Assembly (NCBI GenBank): GCA_964389655.1
Contig: CAYMED010000001.1
Coordinates: 122,217-186,216 of the forward strand
Direction of reading: 5' to 3'
DNA from: an uncultured Candidatus Poseidoniales archaeon
Lineage (GTDB): Archaea; Thermoplasmatota; Poseidoniia; Poseidoniales; CAYMED01
Length of the DNA: 64,000 nucleotides
A model generated the notes under the pieces. The model was not told the origin of the DNA, did not search any database, and saw only the letters and a list, made by a program, of their open reading frames with translations. Positions 55,340 through 64,000 of this stretch are shown one piece after another (the first letter of the stretch is position 1; every line of letters begins with the position of its first letter). The position numbers and the translations under genes were made by a program.

Positions 55340-57213
55340 TAGTCCTCGGCAAGGACAACAATTCGGTCACCGAGTGAGAGTTTTGCCTTTGTTTCATGGC
55401 GTGGATTAAGAGTCACTCCATGATGTGGGTGATCAGGAGTTACATCTTCAAGCCTTCTCCAGCCAACGGCAATTTCGTTTCGCTTACGGGCTGCAGCAGA
55501 GATTGTTGCAAAATTCACCTCATCACCTTCACGTATGTAATACTGAACCGGTCGAAGATAGATTTCACATCCCGCAGCATCAAACAATTCTGCATATACA
55601 TCTGCAAGCTCTTTTGTTTCTGAGATTTGTGCTAACGTCAAACTGATGAGACGGTCGCTGACAACAAAGTCATCAGAAGCAGTGACTTCTGCAAGGCGCC
55701 GGTTTCGAATATCCATCATTTCTGTTGAAATCCTGAGTTCATGATCCTCTTTACGAGATATGTCTCTCAAGTGCATCAGGGTAATGAGTGAACGGGCATC
55801 AGCGCGCTGGGGCTCAAGCCGCTCAGAGTAGGATAATAGAATAACTCGATCGACCTTTTTCAGTTCCAGCGCTTCTAACTCTCTTCGGTCTGTGGTGTCA
55901 CCTAGTTTTGTGTGCACTTGCAGGTTGGCAAACCCATCTACCCCCTTTGGTATCTCGTCTAGGTCCGCGAAAAGGTCAATGCGGCTTCCAGATGGGACGA
56001 ATTCGTCAAGTTGTTCAATGATCAATGGTGCGCGACGATTCCATCCAATGATCATTAACCTCTCAGGTTCGTCTTCGACTTCATCAGTGGCATCAATCGC
56101 ATCCTTGTCGATGTATCTCCGACCATCTCCTTCAAGGTGAATTTCACTATCATCTTCCGCGAGGACAATGATTTTGTCACCTGTAGTAAAAGTAGAATCG
56201 TCCTTTGGGTTGAGTTCTGGCTTTTCATCCTCGCGCTGGATTCCAATTGGTACCGCATCACTGAACAAATAGAGTGCTTCTCCAAAAGTCCGCCCCTCCA
56301 ATCCCGCGGTTGGATGGAAATAGATCTCTTGCCCATCAAAATCAAGAATTTCACTATACACTGCGGAAAGTCCCGACTTGCGAGATGTCTGAGCAGTTAG
56401 ACGTGCGAGAAAATCATTTGTCAAGACAAATTCTACTTCATTTCCTCCAACAATTCTGCACACATCTGCATTCTTTGGATCATGAACTTCTGCTACGATA
56501 TGATAAGGCTTCGTTCGTCGGTCTGGATCGTTCACGATGGCTAGAAGAATCTTGATGACATCTGCGTCCGGGTCTTCGGCATCGGGTGAAGCGATAATGA
56601 TTGATTTTGCTTCACGAATGGCGGCCAAACGCAAATCATTCATGTTCATTGGATCGCCACGCCGAGTCACAACTCGCGTGGTTTTGGTATTAGACAACTG
56701 GCTTCGAATATCATCATCCATCTCAGCTTTGGATCGATCTGCTAAAACCATGACACAAGCGCGTGCTTCTGATTCATTTGCAATAATGAGTTGCTCGATG
56801 ATCGCCATTGCTTGTGTTGACCAGCCAAGCAGTACTGTATGCTCTCGCTCAACGACAGGAGACCGTCCTAGTCTGAGATCTCGGAGACGATCATTGAGAC
56901 CTGTTGTGAGCACACCAATCAGCACACCCACGCTGATAAGCCCGGTAAAGAGAAACAAGCCTCCAGTAATTCGCAACCAAGCAGAAGAATCACCTTCTGT
57001 AGGGTCACGGTCTAGGGCTACAGTCCATAATACACCTGACAAAAACCGTTCAAGGAGGCTTCGTTCATCTCCAACTGCTAGGTGTTGGAGCAGCGCGATT
57101 CCAAATACAAGGGTCAGTGTACCTAAGGCGAGAGCAATGATCAGTACGCCAGCGCCTCGCTCAAGGAGGTTGTCCAGTTGATACCGCCATCGGCGGGGTG
57201 GTTGCACGTCCAC
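55339..57213 (-). CDS. CASTOR/POLLUX(DMI1)-like putative ion channel with two RCK domains
   Basis: RYQLDNLL.RG, LRLGRSPVVE..HTVLLGW, AQTSRKSGLSAVYSEILDFDGQEIYF, ADARSLITLMHLRD, GCEIYLRP. Confidence 0.9.
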   Translation of the reverse strand: MDVQPPRRWRYQLDNLLERGAGVLIIALALGTLTLVFGIALLQHLAVGDERSLLERFLSGVLWTVALDRDPTEGDSSAWLRITGGLFLFTGLISVGVLIGVLTTGLNDRLRDLRLGRSPVVEREHTVLLGWSTQAMAIIEQLIIANESEARACVMVLADRSKAEMDDDIRSQLSNTKTTRVVTRRGDPMNMNDLRLAAIREAKSIIIASPDAEDPDADVIKILLAIVNDPDRRTKPYHIVAEVHDPKNADVCRIVGGNEVEFVLTNDFLARLTAQTSRKSGLSAVYSEILDFDGQEIYFHPTAGLEGRTFGEALYLFSDAVPIGIQREDEKPELNPKDDSTFTTGDKIIVLAEDDSEIHLEGDGRRYIDKDAIDATDEVEDEPERLMIIGWNRRAPLIIEQLDEFVPSGSRIDLFADLDEIPKGVDGFANLQVHTKLGDTTDRRELEALELKKVDRVILLSYSERLEPQRADARSLITLMHLRDISRKEDHELRISTEMMDIRNRRLAEVTASDDFVVSDRLISLTLAQISETKELADVYAELFDAAGCEIYLRPVQYYIREGDEVNFATISAAARKRNEIAVGWRRLEDVTPDHPHHGVTLNPRHETKAKLSLGDRIVVLAED

Positions 57214-57263
57214 GTTTATCCCAAGGCCTTCTAGTGTTTGATATTCTCGCCTCTCACAACATC

Positions 57264-58496
57264 TTAGTTGAAGTCTGATTCACAAATCATATTTTCTATA
57301 TTTCTCGTCAATGCGGCGCCCTCATTGCGCAATGCCCGGAACAGGCGTGTACACCCTTCTGCCATTTCAGCTGGAGTCGTCAATCCCATGCACCCGATTC
57401 GGAAAATACGGTGCTTGAGATTATCTTGCCCCCCGATGACATGAACACCATGATCTGTTGCAAGGTGCGCGCGGAAGTGGTCATCAAGTCCCGATGGAAG
57501 TTCGACAGCAACCACAGTATCTGACCAAATTGATTCGTGTCCATATGGAGTAAGCCCTGCATGCATCAGAAGTTTTCGAACACCCGCTGCTAAAGACCGA
57601 CATCGTTGCTCTCGATTCGATAGCCCTTCATCAGCGAGTTCTCGCAGTGCTTGTCGCCACCCGAAAACAAGATTGACTGCAGCGGTCCAAGGTGTTTGAT
57701 CATCTTCGCTTTTTTCAAGTGCGGGTAATATATCGAGATAGAATGCGCATGGGACCCCCAATTCACGCCGTTCCCTAACTTTCGAGACGTAACTTTGGCT
57801 GACGGCCAAAGCAGCCAGCCCCGAAGGGCCAGCAGTACATTTCTGTGCACCAATTGCGGCGGCTTCAATTCCCCATTCTGCTAATTTTGTGGGGATCCCC
57901 CCAACACTCGTGATGGAGTCTAGCAGAAATGGGACATCATATGCTGTAGCAATCTTCGCAAGCGAATTGACATCTTGCATGACGCCAGTTGATGTTTCGT
58001 TATGGCACACCATCATTCCGTCAATCTCGCCCGTGGAAAGGCGTCCTTCGATCAAAGCCTGATCGATTGGTTCCCCCCATAGTCCTTGCAAGTGTTCAAC
58101 ATTACAATATCTCGATCCAATCTTTGCAACACGCTCTCCGAATTTTCCATTTGTCGGGACGAGAATTCGGTCGTGGCGGCTAAATCGATTCAAAATCATC
58201 ATTTCAACAGCTGCAGTGCCACTGCCATTGACTAGTATTGTTGTCCAATTGTCATCTCCCGTACACGACCTCGTTCCTGCAATTGTGGAGGTGGGTGTGA
58301 GCCCAAATGCGATTCGCAAAAGGCTCAGCGTTTCTGCCATGACTTTTTTGAAAGCCTGTGAGCGAGCCGTCATAGCTGGTTCACACATCGCATCAAGTGT
58401 CGCCTGAGACATTCGTACAGGGCCCGGAATGAGAAATATCTGGTCGAGTGGGGATGGGGCCTTCGGACGCAGATTCACAGTTGCCCTCGGTAGCAC
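57264..58496 (-). CDS. Class V PLP aminotransferase (alanine-glyoxylate/serine-pyruvate family)
   Basis: LIPGPV, GSGTAAVE, NGKFGER, HNETSTG, DSITS, GAQKC, FRIGCMG. Confidence 0.92.
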   Translation of the reverse strand: MLPRATVNLRPKAPSPLDQIFLIPGPVRMSQATLDAMCEPAMTARSQAFKKVMAETLSLLRIAFGLTPTSTIAGTRSCTGDDNWTTILVNGSGTAAVEMMILNRFSRHDRILVPTNGKFGERVAKIGSRYCNVEHLQGLWGEPIDQALIEGRLSTGEIDGMMVCHNETSTGVMQDVNSLAKIATAYDVPFLLDSITSVGGIPTKLAEWGIEAAAIGAQKCTAGPSGLAALAVSQSYVSKVRERRELGVPCAFYLDILPALEKSEDDQTPWTAAVNLVFGWRQALRELADEGLSNREQRCRSLAAGVRKLLMHAGLTPYGHESIWSDTVVAVELPSGLDDHFRAHLATDHGVHVIGGQDNLKHRIFRIGCMGLTTPAEMAEGCTRLFRALRNEGAALTRNIENMICESDFN

Positions 58497-58559
58497 CCAG
58501 TTGATGAATTAGACTCCTATAATCGAAATTCAAATTTGAGTCGCCCGTTTCGGCATTCC

Positions 58560-59240
58560 ATGATCCGCATTGGGGTGATTGGAATTCAAGGTGCGATCCA
58601 TGCTCATGAGGCATCATTGATGTGCGCAGCTTCTGCTATTGGTGCCTTAATCGACGTGCATGTTTTGCGTCATCCAGAACAAATTTCGAATATTGATGGA
58701 TTTGTTATGCCGGGTGGAGAATCCACTGCGATGCGCTTAGCCGGTTCTTCTATTCTGTCAGCACTCTTTGAACGCTTGGAACATGAATCAGAACTTCCAG
58801 TTCTTGCAACATGTGCGGGTGCTATCCTTCTTGCAGACCCTGGTGGTGATATGGACCCACTTATTGATGTGGAAATAACTCGTAATGCGTGGGGGCGCCA
58901 AAAAGAATCGTTTGAGGCTTCAATCCGGACAACCTTGCCCGAACCACCGGATGCGCATTCAAAGATCTCCACGATTGAGGATGCCCGTGAACTGTCCATG
59001 ACCCGGACAGCGCTTGGAAGTCCGTCTTCAGACGTAGAAACTAGGAGCGGATTGATGCCTGCCGTATTTATCCGAGCGCCGAAATTTGGGGATTTAGGAC
59101 CATCATGTGAAGCTATTGCATGGTTGGGTGACGAGGTGGTCGGTGTTCGTTCAGGGCACAAGGTCGCAGTCTCTTTCCATCCCGAATTAACCTCTGATTT
59201 TCGGATACACCTCTCGTTCATTCAATCATGTTTAATTTAG
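58560..59240 (+). CDS. pdxT: Pyridoxal 5'-phosphate synthase glutaminase subunit
   Basis: IGVIGIQG, PGGESTAM, TCAGAIL, RNAWGRQKESFE, FIRAP, FHPEL. Confidence 0.95.
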   Translation: MIRIGVIGIQGAIHAHEASLMCAASAIGALIDVHVLRHPEQISNIDGFVMPGGESTAMRLAGSSILSALFERLEHESELPVLATCAGAILLADPGGDMDPLIDVEITRNAWGRQKESFEASIRTTLPEPPDAHSKISTIEDARELSMTRTALGSPSSDVETRSGLMPAVFIRAPKFGDLGPSCEAIAWLGDEVVGVRSGHKVAVSFHPELTSDFRIHLSFIQSCLI

Positions 59241-59277
59241 CGCGAGGATGAAGGTGGGCTAATCCTTCGGCCCATTC

Positions 59278-60396
59278 ATGGCGGCCAAATTGCCCATGTT
59301 GCCGGCACGCGCTGATGTGCCTGAAATAGGCGAAGCAAAGGGCTGTATAGAATGCCAAAAGGGCCGTAAAATGGTTCTTTTCGTAACTGGTCGTTGCCAT
59401 TGGGCATGCGATTATTGTCCTTTATCTGAGAATAGACGTGAATCTCCTGTCATGTATGCCAATGAGAGACCTTGCACTACTTTTGAGGATGTAATTCGGG
59501 AAGCAGAAGCGATGAATGCAACAGGAACTGGGATCACAGGTGGTGACCCCATGATGGACGCAAAACGAACGCTCGAAGCGATTTCAATTCTCAAAGAGAG
59601 ATTTGGGATGGACCATCACATCCACCTTTACACGAGTCTCACACCATCAAATGATCTAATCGGGGAATTGGCTAGGGCTGGGCTTGATGAGATGCGTTTT
59701 CACCCTCTGCAATTGAAACTGAATTCCTATGCGGATTCTATTGAATCAGCATCTAAGGCAGGTATATCTGTTGGGATTGAAGTCCCATGTGAACCAGATA
59801 AGGAAGCTGATCTATTTGCCATGTTGACTGATATTGAGTCTCTACCCATCGAGTTTCTAAATCTCAATGAATTGGAAATCACAATTGGTAATCAAGACCA
59901 CATGGAAGTTAGAGGCTTCAATCTCGCAACTTCGTTAACAGCTGGTGCTGAGGGTAGTATGGATCTTGCTCAAAGAATTAAACGCCACGTCGAGTTGAAT
60001 GATGATGGCACTTCTTCGAAATTTCATGTAAAGGTCTGTTCATCATCATACAAAGATGCAGGACAATTGCGAGCTCGCTTCCGTCGTCGCGGCGAGGCCT
60101 CTCTTTTGCCACATGAGTCACTTACCGAGGACGATACGGTTGTGTTTGGAGTCATCATCTCGGAGGATGAATCGATAGAGAGTGACTTGGCAGAACTGCT
60201 TGATATGACGGACCTGCCCGCTGATTGGGCTCAAATTAATAAATTGGAAAATAGAATCGAGATTCCTCTTGATTTGGCAGAGGATCTAGCAGACGTCATT
60301 GACCGACCAATTGCGGCAATTGAGGTTCATCCAACTCATGAACGCCTTGAAGTTGGTCTTGTCTGGCTTAATGATTATCGTCCAAAGGTTGAGTGA
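59278..60396 (+). CDS. Archaeal radical SAM protein (COG2108-like)
   Basis: GCIECQKGRKMVLFVTGRCHWACDYCPLS, ITGGDP, HIHLYT, GLDEMRFH, NLNELE. Confidence 0.9.
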   Translation: MAAKLPMLPARADVPEIGEAKGCIECQKGRKMVLFVTGRCHWACDYCPLSENRRESPVMYANERPCTTFEDVIREAEAMNATGTGITGGDPMMDAKRTLEAISILKERFGMDHHIHLYTSLTPSNDLIGELARAGLDEMRFHPLQLKLNSYADSIESASKAGISVGIEVPCEPDKEADLFAMLTDIESLPIEFLNLNELEITIGNQDHMEVRGFNLATSLTAGAEGSMDLAQRIKRHVELNDDGTSSKFHVKVCSSSYKDAGQLRARFRRRGEASLLPHESLTEDDTVVFGVIISEDESIESDLAELLDMTDLPADWAQINKLENRIEIPLDLAEDLADVIDRPIAAIEVHPTHERLEVGLVWLNDYRPKVE

Positions 60397-60463
60397 CCAA
60401 CTATTTGCTGCATTTATCTCGCGCAGTCGCTTCTTTCAAGGAGTAGGTGTCTGTGGGGAAAGT

Positions 60464-61969
60464 ATGCCTAGTGCTTATGAGACCTTAATTGAGCGACTGA
60501 AGGAGATCTATTTAGTCGGTGAAATTGGAGCATTGCTTGGTTGGGATCAAGAAGTCATGATGCCAGCAAGTGGTACAGCAAGCCGTGCGGATGCCTTCGC
60601 GTGGCTCTCCGGCCGTTCGCACGCTATGGCCACTGACCCTGAACTGGGCCAAGCGATTGCAGCTTGTGAAGAATCAGTAGTTCACTCAACGCTTGATGAA
60701 AATCAGCAAGCCAACGTACGTGAAGCGCGTCGGGGGTGGGACAAGGCTACTAAATTACCAGCAGACCTTGTGATGCGACTTGCTAAACACACGAGTCTTT
60801 CACAATCAGTATGGGCTGAATCACGTGCGAAAAATGACTTTGCTACTTTCCAACCTTACTTGGAAACGATGGTGAAATTACAACGGGAGAAGGCTGACTG
60901 CATTGGCTATGAATCTACTCCTTATGATGCCTTGCTCGATGATTATGAAACAGGAATGCGATGGGCTTCACTTGAACCCATGTTTGCAGCCATGCGCACT
61001 CGCCTCGTTGCCTTGCGGGAAGCAATTGACGCAGCAGGTCCGACAACATCGTTTGATTTTGCTAAACATGGTCCTTTCCCTGTAAGCGATCAAGATGCCT
61101 TTGGTAAATTCATTGCTGAAAGCCTCGGATTCGATTTTACAGGGGGCCGTGCAGATGCGTCATCTCACCCGTTCTCGACAAGCATTGCCATAGGTGATAT
61201 TCGCTTTACAAGCCGCTTTGACCCTGAAGACCCTCTTTCATCCTTGTATGCAGCAATTCATGAAACGGGCCATTCACTCTATGAGCAGGGCCTCGACCCT
61301 GCGCATGCACGAACACCTCGTGGCGGTGCTGTAGGGTTGGGAATTCATGAATCACAATCTCGTCTATGGGAAAACCGAGTTGGCCGAAGCCTTGCTTATT
61401 GGACTTGGATGTGGCCTCACCTTGTTGCATCCTTCCCCTCACTTGAAGTGGGCGATGCAACCTCCGGATTTCTTGCAGCAAATTGTGTACAGCCATCCTT
61501 CATACGAGTGGAAGCTGATGAAGTTACATACGATTTACACATCATGCTACGAGCGGAGCTTGAGAAAGCAATGATTGAAGGGGATTTGCAGGTATCTGAC
61601 CTCCCATCAGCGTGGAATGATGCCATGAGTCGGTTCTTCGGAATTGTACCAGACACTGATGCTGATGGATGTATGCAAGATATTCATTGGTCAATGGGTG
61701 CATTCGGATATTTTCCAACATATACATTGGGAAATATTTGTGCGGCTCAACTGATGAACACGGCCTCTCTCGCCCTCCCAACTTTGTGGACAGACATAGA
61801 ATGTGGCCAATTCAGTGGGCTTCTCGATTGGCTAAAGAAAGAGGTGCACTTACGCGGCAGCCTCTATGATCCTCCTGAATTGATGAAGCACATTACTGGA
61901 TCAGAACCACGAGCAGAGGCACTTTTGGACACGCTGGAAGCCAAATATGCGGACATCTATGGTCTATGA
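60464..61969 (+). CDS. M32 metallocarboxypeptidase
   Basis: LLGWDQEV, HPF, HETGH, HESQS, IRVEADE, GCMQDIHW, GYFPTYTLG. Confidence 0.96.
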   Translation: MPSAYETLIERLKEIYLVGEIGALLGWDQEVMMPASGTASRADAFAWLSGRSHAMATDPELGQAIAACEESVVHSTLDENQQANVREARRGWDKATKLPADLVMRLAKHTSLSQSVWAESRAKNDFATFQPYLETMVKLQREKADCIGYESTPYDALLDDYETGMRWASLEPMFAAMRTRLVALREAIDAAGPTTSFDFAKHGPFPVSDQDAFGKFIAESLGFDFTGGRADASSHPFSTSIAIGDIRFTSRFDPEDPLSSLYAAIHETGHSLYEQGLDPAHARTPRGGAVGLGIHESQSRLWENRVGRSLAYWTWMWPHLVASFPSLEVGDATSGFLAANCVQPSFIRVEADEVTYDLHIMLRAELEKAMIEGDLQVSDLPSAWNDAMSRFFGIVPDTDADGCMQDIHWSMGAFGYFPTYTLGNICAAQLMNTASLALPTLWTDIECGQFSGLLDWLKKEVHLRGSLYDPPELMKHITGSEPRAEALLDTLEAKYADIYGL

Positions 61970-62010
61970 ATCAGCCGCCATACTCATGAGTCAGTGTCGG
62001 TCCGCCGCGT

Positions 62011-63663
62011 TTGATGGCCAATACCGGGCGTCTCCTCCTTGAAGTTGAGGAGATTGCCAAGTCTTTTGGTTCACTTGACGTCTTAGAAAATGTATCATTC
62101 AATGTTCATGAAGGCGATCGAATCGGGCTTGTAGGGTCGAATGGGTCTGGCAAAACAACGATTCTCGACCTCATATCAAATGGTGGACAAGATCTTGGAG
62201 AAATTCGACCTGTGGATGGCCTGCGTATGGCATACGTTACCCAAGTCCGGGATATTGAAGATAACCTTGACGTTGCAACAGAACTTGATCGTAAACCTCG
62301 CCAGTTCCGAGAAATTGAAGATGAATTATCCCTTATCGAATCACAAATGGCAGACCCAGCATTCTATGATGGTGATTGGCAATCCGTTATGGATCGCTAT
62401 CAGGAACTTCAAGCAACCCTCAGCCAATCAGGGGGTGGTGATGTGGCGGGTGCTGCCAAGGCAATTCTTCGAGGACTCGGGCTAGGCCATATTGACCTTA
62501 GTCAGAAAGTATCGAGTCTGTCTGGTGGCGAACGGGCGAAACTTGCTCTTGCCCGTTCATTGGTTGGCCTTTCAGCGATCGATTTATTGATTCTTGATGA
62601 ACCGACCAATCATCTAGACATTGAGACTTGTGAATGGCTTGAAGATTTTCTGATTGATTTTGAAGGAGCCCTGATTGTAGTCAGCCATGACCGGTACTTT
62701 CTCGATAAGGTCTGCACGCGCATTATCGAAGTTGCTGAAAAAACGACACAAGCATATACAGGAAACTATTCTGTGCATCTCCGAATTAAAGAAGCAAATG
62801 ATGCAGCAGACCGAGCAGCTCTCGACACAATTGAGAAGAAAATTGAGCATACGCAGCAAGCATTACGGCACATGAAGAGATCGAATAAATATGATAAATC
62901 AATTTCTTCAAAGCACAAGATGATTGAAGAAATGCAAAAAGAGCGAAAAGAGATCAAGTCTAGGATTAAACCCCGCCCCAAATCCTTGCACATTCAAATT
63001 GCTTCAGAGGAGAAATCATCGAATGAGATGGTGGAATTTACAGATGTGTCAATGGTCTTTTCGGGTAATGACTCAAAATTGGTTTTTGAAGATCTTAACC
63101 TTGAGGTTCGAAAAGGGGACCGCCTCGGTATTGTCGGTCCGAATGGCTCGGGAAAGACAACACTTCTTCGGATGATATTAGGGGATATTGCCCCCACGTC
63201 GGGTGATTTTTCCCTTTCTCCAGGTGTGCAGATCGGATATTTTCACCAAGATCACCGCTTGTTGAACTTCAACAAGAGTTGCATTCAGGAGATCGAAGCC
63301 GTACGTCCAGACCTTGATTATGGGCAAGTACGCGGTGCACTTGGTCGGTTTCGTTTTTCTAAGGATTCAGCACATTCCCAAATCGGCGATTTATCGGGTG
63401 GGGAAAGGGCACGAGTTGCAATCTTGAAATTGCTGCTTGAGCCATCAAACATGCTATTGCTTGATGAGCCCACGAATCACCTCGATATTCCTTCTAAGGC
63501 GGCACTTGAAGAAGCCTTACGTGGGTACGAGGGCTCCATGCTTGTGATCAGTCATGATCGATATTTTCTAGACAAGATTGCGAATGGAATTCTCTCGGTT
63601 TCAGATCACAAGATAACCCGATATGCAGGGGGTTATTCGGAATTTATTACCTCTCGATTTTGA
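62011..63663 (+). CDS. ABC-F family ATPase (ribosome-associated)
   Basis: Two NBDs (GSNGSGKT, GPNGSGKT; LSGGE twice; LDEPTNHLD twice; SHDRYFL twice); no TM segments. Confidence 0.95.
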   Translation: MMANTGRLLLEVEEIAKSFGSLDVLENVSFNVHEGDRIGLVGSNGSGKTTILDLISNGGQDLGEIRPVDGLRMAYVTQVRDIEDNLDVATELDRKPRQFREIEDELSLIESQMADPAFYDGDWQSVMDRYQELQATLSQSGGGDVAGAAKAILRGLGLGHIDLSQKVSSLSGGERAKLALARSLVGLSAIDLLILDEPTNHLDIETCEWLEDFLIDFEGALIVVSHDRYFLDKVCTRIIEVAEKTTQAYTGNYSVHLRIKEANDAADRAALDTIEKKIEHTQQALRHMKRSNKYDKSISSKHKMIEEMQKERKEIKSRIKPRPKSLHIQIASEEKSSNEMVEFTDVSMVFSGNDSKLVFEDLNLEVRKGDRLGIVGPNGSGKTTLLRMILGDIAPTSGDFSLSPGVQIGYFHQDHRLLNFNKSCIQEIEAVRPDLDYGQVRGALGRFRFSKDSAHSQIGDLSGGERARVAILKLLLEPSNMLLLDEPTNHLDIPSKAALEEALRGYEGSMLVISHDRYFLDKIANGILSVSDHKITRYAGGYSEFITSRF

Positions 63664-63711
63664 GGTCAATCAATCGAAAGCATATTCATCAAGTAATTAC
63701 GCAAAGATTCG

Positions 63712-64000
63712 ATGCGAGCCACGCGGCGTACCCTCAATGTGTTGGCGCTCACTCTACTGCTGCTGCTCAGCAGTTTTGGAAGTGGTTGGCTCTCGCTCGG
63801 CAATGAGCCAAAAATTGAGGAGCAAGAATCCTTGCCCTTCACGATTTCAATGGAGGCAAAAAATGCAAGTCAATCGATCGCGTTCAATACGACTTGGACT
63901 AAAGTGAATTCCCCTTATTATCTCAACCATCCAGTATCTGTTCAGAAAGGCATCCGCCTGACCATCGAGCCAGGTGTGAAAGTGTACATGAATACGACTA
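63712..64000 (+). CDS. 5' part of a secreted protein, probable parallel beta-helix type (runs off the window)
   Basis: Manual translation MRATRRTLNVLALTLLLLLSS (signal peptide) ... TWTKVNSPYY..VQKGIRLTIEPGVKV; frame open to the window end. Confidence 0.75.
   Translation, partial: MRATRRTLNVLALTLLLLLSSFGSGWLSLGNEPKIEEQESLPFTISMEAKNASQSIAFNTTWTKVNSPYYLNHPVSVQKGIRLTIEPGVKVYMNTT

Noticed and set aside
56537-57181. Long antisense ORFs (also 3748-4290, 10378-10917, 58670-59221 and others)
   Set aside because: Shadow frames opposite well-supported genes, with no recognisable motifs.
63623-63907. 94-aa ORF from the track
   Set aside because: It overlaps a more convincing frame starting at 63712 that has a signal peptide and a recognisable motif.

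Overview
Gene-dense archaeal chromosomal segment with about 46 CDSs. I found no tRNA, rRNA, CRISPR array or mobile element. Archaeal informational genes (Nop5, fibrillarin, Csl4, METTL5-family methylase, NMD3, RAD55/KaiC-like ATPase, two archaeal radical SAM families) are mixed with bacterial-type metabolic and repair genes (mutM, SMUG1, icmF, glmS, Gln-dependent nadE, type-2 ileS, menA-like, M32 peptidase). Together with the large secreted S8 and RCC1/TSP3 proteins, this suggests a marine Thermoplasmatota genome, most likely Marine Group II/Poseidoniales (inference from gene content only). Most notable observations: (1) a PlcP-type phospholipase C plus glycosyltransferase pair, possibly a phosphorus-sparing lipid remodelling module in an archaeon; (2) exosome subunit Csl4 fused to two duplicated RRM domains and a SHOCT-like tail; (3) a non-canonical T-[CG]-A-[AT] element 27-30 bp upstream of about 15 start codons; (4) a giant surface protein with RCC1 propellers inserted inside an Ig-like module whose empty copy is in the same gene; (5) a PAS-MenA fusion next to a CASTOR/POLLUX-like channel; (6) a ccmAB-fusion/ccmC/ccmD operon; (7) an aconitase X fused in large-small order; (8) a GIHH-motif IleRS. 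All family assignments come from motif recognition by eye; no database search was run.
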